Assembly: GCA_002368955.1 (NCBI GenBank)
Contig: DFDY01000125.1
Span: 20,049-78,841, forward strand
Origin: Bacteroidales bacterium UBA3816
GTDB lineage: Bacteria > Bacteroidota > Bacteroidia > Bacteroidales > P3
DNA length: 58,793 nucleotides
Reading direction: 5' to 3'
Both the position numbers and the translations under genes were made by a program. The notes under the pieces were generated by a model. The model made no database searches. It saw only the letters and a program-made list of their open reading frames with translations, and was not told the DNA's origin. Shown piece by piece: positions 8,549 through 17,423 of this stretch; within the stretch, counting starts at the first letter, position 1; every line of letters begins with the position of its first letter.

Positions 8549-8575
8549 AAGGTGGTCTGGTGACCGCCTTTTTTG
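8549..8575 (+). terminator. Hairpin plus T-run directly after the tRNA-like remnant
   Basis: AAGGTGGTC-TGGT-GACCGCCTT followed by TTTTTT. Confidence 0.65.
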
Positions 8576-8724
8576 TTTTCTACATATTATCTTATGCGGT
8601 GACCGGTGCCCCAGTCCTTAGCGTAAACTACATTTAGCCCAAATCGGTCATTACGCCGTCTACTGATTAAGTCTCTTTAATGCCATATCAGCATTTCCGG
8701 TATAAGCATAGTGACTGATTTGGG

Positions 8725-8761
8725 GTAAAAATAAAGGAGGGTGCCTTTTTAGACACCCTCC
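8725..8761 (-). terminator. Rho-independent terminator of the 1799-aa gene
   Basis: Minus strand reads GGAGGGTG-10 nt-CACCCTCC followed by TTTATTTTT, 29 nt after the stop. Confidence 0.75.
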
Positions 8762-8789
8762 AAAGTATAAAGGTAAGAGAAAGACGGTC

Positions 8790-11700
8790 CTACCGCACAA
8801 TCAGTTTCTTGACAATGTGAACCTTCGAGCCAGAAATCTGCACAAAGTACATGCCTTGTCGCAGGCCTTTCAGTTGCAACTGTATGTTGCAGCCTTCGTG
8901 ACACTGAGCTGGCAGTTGCATGACTGTGCGTCCGGCCATGTCCATGACCTGCACTGTCAGGTGGTCGTTGACACCTGCGAGGGTGAGTGTGGCAGACTCT
9001 TTGGCAGGGTTGGGGTACAGACGGGCGCTTAGACCTTCCTGTGCTCTGTCGATTGCCGTTGCGTTAAATGTTATCTTACACCGATCGCTCCAGATGCTGA
9101 AGGAGTTTTCGGCGCATTGTGTCCGCACATAGACATCGTATTCCTCTTCGGGGTTCAGCCCTTCGATGCGGTAGAAGTTGTCGGTGATGCCATCAACGGT
9201 GGTTCCGCCGTCGGTGTCGAAGTGCTGGAGGCCGTACTGAAGCTGATAGGGGCCGCCCTGTCCCTGCCACCGAATCATCGCCACGCCTCTCTCTTGGTCC
9301 AATATTTCGCTTTCTACATCCCAGACGGGCTCACACGACATGGTGGTGAAGGTGATGATGTTTTGGCTCCAGTTGCCGGGCATTCCGTCACACAGGCTGC
9401 GTATCTTGGCTCGGTAGGTGACGTCAGGGTCGAGTCCTTCCACCGTGAAGGGGCTTTGGGTGACGGTGAAACTGCGGTTGTAGGCGAGGTTGAAGACGTT
9501 GATTTCCCACGCGCTGCCGTTGCCGCTCCAGCTGAAGGTGGCCGAGGTGTAGCCCTCCTGGTCAAGAGCAAAGTCGGTGGGGGCGGGGCAGCCCTCCGAG
9601 GCGGTCACCACTTGCTGGGTGGTCCAGTGCGAGTTGATGCCGCTGGCGCAATGGTTTCGCAGACCTATGGTGTACACGGTATTGGGCTGCAATCCGCTGA
9701 AGATGTGTTGGGTGCCGCTGGCGGTCACGCCAATCACGTTGTCGTTCCAGGCCTGGTCGGTGATATAGGCTTCCACGGTTCCTTCGGCAATGAAGTCCAC
9801 CACGATGCGGTCGTTCTCCTCGCTCAGGTTGGCAATGATGGGAGCCTGGCAGTCGGCACTGGCCACCACGCCTATACGTAGGCTATCCACGAAGGCATAG
9901 TATCGCCAGTCGGAGCAGTAGTTGATGGCCAGGAACTTGGTTGAGGAGGGGAAGTCGCCGCTGAAGAGTTTCCAGGTGATGCCGTTGGTGGTCAGGGTGT
10001 CGGTCCAGACAAAGTCTTCGGGGCTGTTGCCGGTGACGGAGTAGCCCACCCGCATCTTTTCCTGTCCATACATCATGTCGCTGTAGCGGAAGCGGAAGGT
10101 GAGGCTGTCGGCCGAGTTGAGCATGGGAGAGATGAGATACTGGTTGTAGTCGCCCGTGCGGTTGTAGGAACTGAAACAGAAACTGGCACTGCCGGCGTAG
10201 GCCCTGTCGGTGCTGTGGCTCATACGGTTGGGGTTGCCCGGGGCTTTGAGTACTGTGAAACAGATGGCGGGGAATTCGGCCGATTCAAAACTCTCTTCGA
10301 TGGGTGCGCCTGCCTCGACGGTGTAGGCATCGCAAAGCGTGGTGAAGTTCACCTGGGTGCTGGCCGGTGACGGTTGCCCGCCGGCGCAGTAGCCGTTCAC
10401 AAACAGTTCATAGCGGGTGCCCGAGGCCAGACCTGTCAGTGTCAGGGGGCTGGCATTGGCGTTGATGCGCTGCCAGGGGGCGGTGCCCACGGGGCGGTAG
10501 GTCACCTCATAGTCCAACGCCGAACCCGTCCACGACACGGTGGCCGATGTGGGCGAGGTGACATTGACCGTCACGTTGCGGGGCCGCTGGCAAGGCGAGG
10601 CCCCCACACAGGCGGTGAACAGCTCGTAGCCGCTTGCGGACAAGCCGCTATGCGCCACAAACTGAATGGTCAAGGCTCCTGTCTCTGAGGTCAGGGCCAC
10701 ACCCAGAGACTCGGGGCCGTAGGTGGAACTGACCGAGTAGAGGAGGGTGCCGCTAGTGCCTTCGCCCTCATAGATGCGCAGGGTGTCGCCGCCCCATGGG
10801 CAGAGGTCCACGGTGCCGCCCACTATCTGCAAGGCATGGGTGCTGTCGGTGGGACGGATGACGAGGGTTGAGTTGGCCATGTGGTTGTAGTCGTGCTGCA
10901 TTCCGCCGTGGTCGTAGACTATCAGTCCGCATCCCGTCACGGTGTCGGAGCCCACAAAGGGCATCACTACGCTGCCTGCCGCAAAGTCCAACGAGCGCCA
11001 AGCACTCTCACCCATGTCGCACAGGGTTTTCACATATATCGTGTACTTCCCGCCTGTGGTCAGTGGGGGCAGGGAGTAGAAGGTGTCGGTCACCACGGCG
11101 TTGCCAGTGGCCATAGACACGTTGGTGCCCACGGTGTCCCAGGCCAACTGCCAACGGCTGGCATGGCTGGGATTGTTCCAGCTGACCACTATATTGGAGG
11201 CATTCAGGAGGTTGTGGGCCACTATTTGGGTGGCTGGCAGGCAGCCCACGGCTTCACCCACCGTGATGTCGTCCACCACGGCTTCCAGTCCCACCGCCTT
11301 ATGGGCCAAAACAATGTGGTTGCCATAGCCACTGTAGTCTCTTAAGTCATATCTCAGCCATACGTAGCGCGAAAGCGACTGCTGCTCGTCGGTGAGGGTG
11401 TCCAGCCAGTCGATGAAGGTGCCGCCATCGTCAGTCACGCCCACCATGATGCCTTCGCCCTCGCCAATGGGGCTCATGAGGGCCCGCAGGTTGATTTCGA
11501 GGCGGTTGACAGGATATTCAAATTCGGGCAGCACGGCGGCGCGAATGCCGCTGGTGGGCTGCCAGTAGAGGCCGCCGAAGCGGTGGTCCACCACCCCACG
11601 GCTGTAGTTCCAGCAGGGAGGCATCACCCCGTTGGCATAGCTGTCGAAATTCTCTGTATAGGGCACTTGTACCCGGCCGCAGTTCGTCACGGCATTAGTC

Positions 11701-14189
11701 TCCTCCCAGAGGGTGTCACCCTGGCACAGGGCTCCCACGCGAATCGCATAGTGAGTGGCGGGGCTAAGGCCGGCAATGGTGTGACTGGTACCGGTGGTGC
11801 TGCCAGCCGAGATGTAGGTTGAGGCAGTGAGGGGGCGATACTGCACCAGATAGCCCGTGGCGGGCAGCCCCTCTTCTATCCAAGTGAGCGTAAGGCTGGT
11901 AGAGTCGGCTTCCACATCCACCACCATCGGGGCCAGGCAGTCGGACACTTGGCAGTCGGCCAAGAAACGAACATCCACAGCCCCTTGCAGTACCGTGGAG
12001 CCGAACATGGAACCGGGGTTGGCCGGCGAGATGGGGGCAAAGCTGTACCACATCACCGTGGCGTCATAGGGGGTCGTGTGGTAGCACCATTCGGCCGGAC
12101 TCAGGGAGAACTGCGAACTGCTGTGGTTCACCGCCACCACTAGGTTGCTCAGCGTGTCGCGCACAAAGGGAGTGTCGAAACGAATGATTTGCCATCCTGC
12201 CTCGCCAGGGTTGATCACATAGTCCGTCGCCATGGCTGTCAGCCCGCTCAGTGGAACATAACTCGTCCCGCTCAGGCTGTTCAGGGCGGTGTTGCCCATG
12301 TAAAGAGTGATTCCTAGCGGTTCGTTCACACCCGTCGAAGTGCGGTAGGCAATGCCCCGGATGGTGTCGATGTTTGGCATTTCGCTTGTGCGGTATAAAG
12401 TCTGGGCATAGCTGCAGTTGAGGTTTGTGTTGACGAAATAGACCGAACTGGCCGTGCTGCCGTCGCCCGCCACCTCGCTGCATGAGTTGGTCATGAAGGT
12501 GTAGGTCGCGCTGTTGGCCGTGTCGTTCTGGTCGTCGGTCAGGCATATGCTGTTGATGTAGGCCGTGTAGCTGTGGCCAGGGGTCAGACCGGTCAGCACC
12601 ACACTGCTGGTATTCACCAGGGTGTCAAACATCGCAATGGTGGGACTCTCTTGGTCATACAGCCGCACCCATGCCCCCTGGGCGGGGCTGCCGTTGAGGT
12701 TGTCGTACTGCCAGCCGAGCAGGGCCGCAGTGTAATGGACGTTCTCCAGCCGCACATCCGTCACGCGGGCGCAGGTCATGGCCGTGGTGAAGGGGGCAGA
12801 AGCCTTGTAGCTCGAAGTGTCCTGGTCGCATGCCGACCGCACCCAGGCATAATAGGTAGTGCCCTGGTCCAGGCCGCGCAGCACCACCGTGGTGTCGCCC
12901 ACCATGTCGTAGAAAGTGGCACCAAAAGCGTTGTTCTCGCGCGAGTAATAGACATAGTAGCCCTGTGCCGAATCGCCTGCCGAAGGCCATGAGAGGCGTG
13001 CCCAGCGTGAGCCCACGCTGTCCACATCGACCCGCTCGGGTCGGCGGCAGCCGTTGTCGTGCGTAATGCTCAGGTCGTCCACAAAGCCGTTGCCCATCAT
13101 CACATCGGTGCCCTTGAAGAAGAAGGCCACATAGTAGGAGGCCGTGGGGTCGAGGTTGGCAGTGCTGAACTCATAGTCGCGCCAGACATTGTCCATCGTG
13201 CGCACGTCCACCATCGGTATGAAGGTGGAAGTGTCGTGGAGGTCGGTCATAACGCCCACCCGTAGGCGGGCGGCAAACAGATAGAAACCGCCCAAGTCCA
13301 CGCCGTTCTCCAGCTTGGCACGGAAGTTCACAATGATTTCGTTGCCCGGCACCGGCACCAAGGGAGTGGTCACGATGTTCCAACCCGCGGCGCCGAAGAC
13401 CAGGTCCAGCGAGTCGGAGTAAGCCTCCTCGTCCAACACCTGCGGATAGCTGCCGAAAGTGGTGATAGCATTCCAGCACGCGGGCAACTCGCCGAGAGCC
13501 TCGCGGTCGAAAGTGTTGTAGTAGGGCAGCTGCATGGGCGGACACGAGGTGCGGAAACTACTCTCCGTCACGTCCGACGTGTCGCCCGAGCCGCACAGCG
13601 CGCGCACGCCCACCGTGTAGTCGTTGTTCATTGAGAGTCCGGCGAAATAGTAGCTGGGCACGTTTGTCGTTGCCACCATCGCGCCGTTCAGATAGACCAG
13701 CCAGTACGACTCGTCGCCCACCGGCGTCCAGGTCACCATGGCATAAGTGCTGTCGGGCTGGCAGGTTAGGCCAATAGGGTGCACACAACTGGGGCACGCA
13801 GGGAACCCCTCTGCCACCACCGTGCCGCTGGTCACGCCACCCGGCATCACCGAGGCAATCTCGCTCCCGTCGCCATTGATAATGCTAAAGGAAATTTCGT
13901 AGTCCAGCGGGCCGGCAATCCACACGAAGCGCATGGTGTCTCCCGTGCATACAGGCACATTATAGCTACCCTCGTAACCCGACGAGAGCGATACCGTGCC
14001 GCGCAGCACCGTGTCCTGCCACACCTGGAGCGATCCCCCGTTCCAGCCGTCGCCGAACATGTCGCCGCACACGACAGTCACCAGGCAGGCCGACTCGCCC
14101 GGAGGGCACTGGGCTTCGACCTGCCCACAGAACATCAGCAATGCCATCCATAGTGGCATCCACCTTAGTTTGAATTTACTTTTTCTCAT
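8790..14189 (-). CDS. Giant secreted T9SS cargo protein (Fn3-like repeats, LPxCW modules, CUB-like module, type A Por C-terminal sorting domain)
   Basis: Signal peptide MRKSKFKLRWMPLWMALLMFCGQVEAQ. Repeated Fn3-like units. C-terminus LYPNPAKESATLTL...GMYFVQISGSKVHIVKKLIVR is typical of the T9SS type A CTD. 1799-aa uninterrupted ORF. Confidence 0.85.
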   Translation of the reverse strand: MRKSKFKLRWMPLWMALLMFCGQVEAQCPPGESACLVTVVCGDMFGDGWNGGSLQVWQDTVLRGTVSLSSGYEGSYNVPVCTGDTMRFVWIAGPLDYEISFSIINGDGSEIASVMPGGVTSGTVVAEGFPACPSCVHPIGLTCQPDSTYAMVTWTPVGDESYWLVYLNGAMVATTNVPSYYFAGLSMNNDYTVGVRALCGSGDTSDVTESSFRTSCPPMQLPYYNTFDREALGELPACWNAITTFGSYPQVLDEEAYSDSLDLVFGAAGWNIVTTPLVPVPGNEIIVNFRAKLENGVDLGGFYLFAARLRVGVMTDLHDTSTFIPMVDVRTMDNVWRDYEFSTANLDPTASYYVAFFFKGTDVMMGNGFVDDLSITHDNGCRRPERVDVDSVGSRWARLSWPSAGDSAQGYYVYYSRENNAFGATFYDMVGDTTVVLRGLDQGTTYYAWVRSACDQDTSSYKASAPFTTAMTCARVTDVRLENVHYTAALLGWQYDNLNGSPAQGAWVRLYDQESPTIAMFDTLVNTSSVVLTGLTPGHSYTAYINSICLTDDQNDTANSATYTFMTNSCSEVAGDGSTASSVYFVNTNLNCSYAQTLYRTSEMPNIDTIRGIAYRTSTGVNEPLGITLYMGNTALNSLSGTSYVPLSGLTAMATDYVINPGEAGWQIIRFDTPFVRDTLSNLVVAVNHSSSQFSLSPAEWCYHTTPYDATVMWYSFAPISPANPGSMFGSTVLQGAVDVRFLADCQVSDCLAPMVVDVEADSTSLTLTWIEEGLPATGYLVQYRPLTASTYISAGSTTGTSHTIAGLSPATHYAIRVGALCQGDTLWEETNAVTNCGRVQVPYTENFDSYANGVMPPCWNYSRGVVDHRFGGLYWQPTSGIRAAVLPEFEYPVNRLEINLRALMSPIGEGEGIMVGVTDDGGTFIDWLDTLTDEQQSLSRYVWLRYDLRDYSGYGNHIVLAHKAVGLEAVVDDITVGEAVGCLPATQIVAHNLLNASNIVVSWNNPSHASRWQLAWDTVGTNVSMATGNAVVTDTFYSLPPLTTGGKYTIYVKTLCDMGESAWRSLDFAAGSVVMPFVGSDTVTGCGLIVYDHGGMQHDYNHMANSTLVIRPTDSTHALQIVGGTVDLCPWGGDTLRIYEGEGTSGTLLYSVSSTYGPESLGVALTSETGALTIQFVAHSGLSASGYELFTACVGASPCQRPRNVTVNVTSPTSATVSWTGSALDYEVTYRPVGTAPWQRINANASPLTLTGLASGTRYELFVNGYCAGGQPSPASTQVNFTTLCDAYTVEAGAPIEESFESAEFPAICFTVLKAPGNPNRMSHSTDRAYAGSASFCFSSYNRTGDYNQYLISPMLNSADSLTFRFRYSDMMYGQEKMRVGYSVTGNSPEDFVWTDTLTTNGITWKLFSGDFPSSTKFLAINYCSDWRYYAFVDSLRIGVVASADCQAPIIANLSEENDRIVVDFIAEGTVEAYITDQAWNDNVIGVTASGTQHIFSGLQPNTVYTIGLRNHCASGINSHWTTQQVVTASEGCPAPTDFALDQEGYTSATFSWSGNGSAWEINVFNLAYNRSFTVTQSPFTVEGLDPDVTYRAKIRSLCDGMPGNWSQNIITFTTMSCEPVWDVESEILDQERGVAMIRWQGQGGPYQLQYGLQHFDTDGGTTVDGITDNFYRIEGLNPEEEYDVYVRTQCAENSFSIWSDRCKITFNATAIDRAQEGLSARLYPNPAKESATLTLAGVNDHLTVQVMDMAGRTVMQLPAQCHEGCNIQLQLKGLRQGMYFVQISGSKVHIVKKLIVR

Positions 14190-14535
14190 AATCAGTTTAC
14201 TATTATATATCTATATTATTCATCAATCATTAAAAAGTTTCCGCCCCACTGGGCGTTCTGTAATCATTGTGGATTCTTTACTGTAATAACGAAATAAACT
14301 GTCAAAAAACTACATCCGAACCTTTTTTTATTCTTTCCATCAGAAAGTGTGTGTTGTATAGTAAAAATTGAAAGACTTTTGCCCACCCGGAGTCGAGTAT
14401 TCATTCATGCACTCCATTCTTTTCCCTACTATAATAACGGTGGGTTCCATCTATTTACTATTTTAGGGTTTCATCAGACAGACAGAACCCATTTATCTGC
14501 CAGACGACCGTTATGCAAAGTTCGGTTTTCGGGTG

Positions 14536-14543
14536 CAAAGATA
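14536..14543 (-). promoter_or_regulatory. Bacteroidota -7 promoter box (TATCTTTG on the minus strand) for the 1799-aa gene
   Basis: Plus strand reads CAAAGATA. This implies a leader of about 340 nt. Confidence 0.5.
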
Positions 14544-14578
14544 CAATCATTTCACGACATGGCATAATTTGACAAGAA

Positions 14579-14643
14579 AAAACAGCCTAAAATTTGTCCA
14601 TTAGCGTGCATCGTCTCTAAAACAGCCTAAAATTTGTCCATTA
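14579..14643. repeat. Perfect 25-bp direct repeat AAAACAGCCTAAAATTTGTCCATTA x2 (14579-14603, 14619-14643)
   Basis: Read directly; 40-bp period; located 36-100 bp upstream of the minus-strand promoter box. Confidence 0.85.
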
Positions 14644-14941
14644 CACCGAAAATCGGAAGTGCTACTTCGGATTTTCACCGAATTTCTGAAGTAGGGGATT
14701 TGATAATATGGTGTTAATTAAGCAATTGATGTTTATAATATGACTGCGCTTGTTTTTTCTGACACTGGAGAGTATTGGACCGATTTCGCCACGCGGAAGG
14801 AGCGCGTCTTTGACAGTAGCCGGGAGGTGGGCGGCGGCTGGAACAACATTCCGCCACCCTGACTGATTATGTCGGTCAGGCCATCCTTGTTGTCTTTGTG
14901 AACTACGGCGACATTTTTTTGCGTATTGCATTTTTTTTTGC

Positions 14942-14949
14942 TATCTTTG
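14942..14949 (+). promoter_or_regulatory. -7 promoter box TATCTTTG upstream of the alcohol dehydrogenase gene
   Basis: TAnnTTTG preceded by a T-tract, about 200 nt before ATG 15151. Confidence 0.45.
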
Positions 14950-15150
14950 TGGCCGCTAATGAGCTTTTATGCTCACGGAAAAAATGGATTTTTTGGCGTG
15001 GTTGATAGTGTTTTATGCTCTGTATTGGGTTTGCTGAGGCAGGTCCAAAAAAAACACTGAGGCTCCCAAATGATTGCGGCTTCGTTTTTTTCGAGATATG
15101 TTTAATGAACAATCCCACAAGCCGGGGGATAATAAACAATACAATATATT

Positions 15151-16368
15151 ATGCAAAGATTTTGTTTGCCCAGAGATGTTTATCATGGTGAAGGGGCCAT
15201 CGATGCCCTGAAAGGTTTCAAAGGTAAAAGAGCAATGGTCTGCGTTGGCGGCGGCTCGATGAAGCGGTTCGGCTTCCTCGACAAGATTGCCGCCAACCTG
15301 AAGGAGGCCGGCATGGAAGTGCAGCTCTTTGAAGGCATTGAGCCCGACCCCTCTGTGGACACCGTCATGCGTGGTGCCAAGGCCATGATGGACTTCCAGC
15401 CCGACTGGATTGTGGCCGTCGGTGGCGGCTCGCCCATCGACGCGGCCAAGGCCATGTGGATTAAGTACGAGTACCCCGACATCACCTTTGAGCAGATGTG
15501 TGTCGTGTTCGGCATTCCCGAATTGCGCCACAAAGCCCATTTCTGCGCCATCAGCTCCACTTCCGGCACCGCTACCGAGGTGACCGCCTTCTCCATCATC
15601 ACCGACTATCAGAAGGGCATTAAATACCCCATTGCCGACTTCCAGATTACGCCCGACGTGGCCATCGTCGACCCCGCCCTGGCCGAGACCATGCCCCAGA
15701 AACTGGTGGCCCACACCGGCATGGATGCCATCACCCACGGCATCGAGGCATACGTCTCCACCGCCCACTGCGACTATACCGACCCGTTGGCACTCCATGC
15801 CATCAAGATGATTCAGCACGACCTGGTGCCCTCCTATAACGGCGACATGGCCAAACGCCACAGCATGCACAACGCACAGTGTCTGGCTGGCATGGCCTTC
15901 TCCAACGCTCTGCTGGGCATTGTCCACTCCATGGCCCATAAGACTGGTGCCGTCTTTGCCGACTATGGTGCCCACATCATCCACGGCGCTGCCAACGCCA
16001 TGTACCTGCCCAAGGTCATCGCCTACAACGCCAAAGACCCCGAAGCCCTGAAACGCTATGGCCAGATTGCCGACTTCATGGAGCTGGGCGGTGCCAATGA
16101 TCAGGAGAAAGTGCAACTGCTCATCAAGCACCTGCGCGGCATGAACGACGACCTGCGCATACCCCACTGCATCAAGAATTATGGTGCCGACAGCTACCCC
16201 TGCGAGCAAGGTTTTGTGCCCGAGAACGTCTTCTTGGAGCGCCTGCCCCAGATAGCCACCAACGCCATCGGCGATGCCTGCACGGGCTCCAACCCCCGCC
16301 AGCCCAATCAGGAGGAGATGGAACGCCTGCTCAAGTGCTGCTACTACGACACCGAGGTGGACTTCTAA
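15151..16368 (+). CDS. Iron-containing (group III) alcohol dehydrogenase
   Basis: GGGSxxD and GGGSPIDAAKA nucleotide-binding motifs and the His-rich metal site (HGIEAY, HSMAH); 405 aa. Confidence 0.85.
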   Translation: MQRFCLPRDVYHGEGAIDALKGFKGKRAMVCVGGGSMKRFGFLDKIAANLKEAGMEVQLFEGIEPDPSVDTVMRGAKAMMDFQPDWIVAVGGGSPIDAAKAMWIKYEYPDITFEQMCVVFGIPELRHKAHFCAISSTSGTATEVTAFSIITDYQKGIKYPIADFQITPDVAIVDPALAETMPQKLVAHTGMDAITHGIEAYVSTAHCDYTDPLALHAIKMIQHDLVPSYNGDMAKRHSMHNAQCLAGMAFSNALLGIVHSMAHKTGAVFADYGAHIIHGAANAMYLPKVIAYNAKDPEALKRYGQIADFMELGGANDQEKVQLLIKHLRGMNDDLRIPHCIKNYGADSYPCEQGFVPENVFLERLPQIATNAIGDACTGSNPRQPNQEEMERLLKCCYYDTEVDF

Positions 16369-16514
16369 AAGTCCCAATCAGTTAGTTGATTGTTGGTGAA
16401 TTAGTGAAAAGTGAAAAGTAAGTCGACAAATCATTTGTCAAACCACTGATCACTTTTCACTAATCGTTATCTGTTAAAAGTTTGATTTTTATCCAAAGAT
16501 TCATTTTTTTTGAG

Positions 16515-16522
16515 TATCTTTG
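16515..16522 (+). promoter_or_regulatory. -7 promoter box TATCTTTG upstream of the small OMP gene
   Basis: TAnnTTTG about 80 nt before ATG 16602. Confidence 0.5.
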
Positions 16523-16601
16523 CATTTATTATTTGAGCCTCCATGAGGAAGAATTGAATTGATAACAACTTAATAATTAATTAAAAACAACAACATTTAT
16601 T

Positions 16602-17066
16602 ATGAAGAAATTCTTTTTAGTTTTGGCTGCTGTGGTAGCCATGGGTTTCGCAGCAAATGCTCAAGACAACGCTATTGGTCTCCGTTTTGGCGGCGGCAGT
16701 GGCTATGGTGCTGAAGTCTCTTTCCAGAAAGGACTTGGCGGCAACCGTTTGGAACTGGATTTGGGTCTTTCCAACAATTCTAAGGACAACTATTTCCACT
16801 TAAGTGGCATCTACCAGTGGTGCTGGAATATCTCCGGCGGCTGGAACTGGTATGTGGGTCCCGGCGCACAGTTGGGCTACTGCTCCAACCATGGTTTTGG
16901 TCTGGCAGTTGGCGGTCAGATTGGTGTCGAATATAAGTTCAGCATCCCTCTGATGATTTCTTTGGATGTCCGTCCGATGTACAACTTCATCATGCCTGAT
17001 AATTGCCCAGTGTTGAATTCTAATCTGGGATGGGACGCTGCCCTCAGCCTCCGTTACTGCTTTTAA
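16602..17066 (+). CDS. Small outer-membrane beta-barrel protein
   Basis: Signal peptide MKKFFLVLAAVVAMGFAANAQ, alternating Gly/aromatic beta-strand pattern, C-terminal ...LSLRYCF. Confidence 0.7.
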   Translation: MKKFFLVLAAVVAMGFAANAQDNAIGLRFGGGSGYGAEVSFQKGLGGNRLELDLGLSNNSKDNYFHLSGIYQWCWNISGGWNWYVGPGAQLGYCSNHGFGLAVGGQIGVEYKFSIPLMISLDVRPMYNFIMPDNCPVLNSNLGWDAALSLRYCF

Positions 17067-17096
17067 TTTTTAATATTTTTTTTTGGATACAATTTG

Positions 17097-17122
17097 ACCC
17101 TGTCGTGAGACGGGGTTTTTTT
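17097..17122 (+). terminator. Rho-independent terminator after the OMP gene
   Basis: ACCCTGTC-GTGA-GACGGGGT followed by T7. Confidence 0.65.
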
Positions 17123-17310
17123 CTTTTGCCTCGCCGTCGCTGTGCCACCACTTCCCCCACGCTTGCCCATCGCTTCCCTGCCGCAATGAGAGCGGCCGGA
17201 TAGGGAGTCGGTTATGTTTAATATTCGATAGTGAATAGTGGAGGAGAGGTCGTGTCACCCGGAATTCAGAAATTAGAATATAGAATGTTGAGGGATTCGA
17301 TTTTTTTTTG

Positions 17311-17318
17311 TATTTTTG
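17311..17318 (+). promoter_or_regulatory. -7 promoter box TATTTTTG upstream of nadE
   Basis: TAnnTTTG preceded by T9. Confidence 0.45.
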
Positions 17319-17423
17319 CATTTGCTATATGATGGCATAAAAAGAATAAATGACTGATTGTTTCGAGGTTGTCGTGCCGAGACATGGCTCTGGTGCGGCC
17401 CTCGACCCGCTAAAAACACGACT

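Noticed and set aside
14471-14477. CUGAUGA on the minus strand within the leader of the 1799-aa gene (hammerhead ribozyme core motif).
   Set aside because: I could not assemble the rest of the hammerhead core (GAAA plus three closing stems and a cleavage site). A 7-mer alone is expected by chance.
14579-14643. The direct repeats considered as a mini CRISPR array.
   Set aside because: Only two copies with a 15-bp spacer, no cas genes, and a position typical of a regulator binding site.
15013-16377. Long antisense or shadow ORFs in the track opposite or overlapping real genes. Examples: 15013..16377(-), 1308..3173(+), 210..1163(+), 22798..24720(-), 25357..26769(-), 42927..44048(+), 51554..52660(-), 28668..29516(-), 17325..18347(-).
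   Set aside because: They mirror well-supported genes with clear family motifs. They have Gly/Ala/Val/His-rich low-information translations typical of the opposite strand of GC-rich coding DNA, and they lack promoters or sensible starts.
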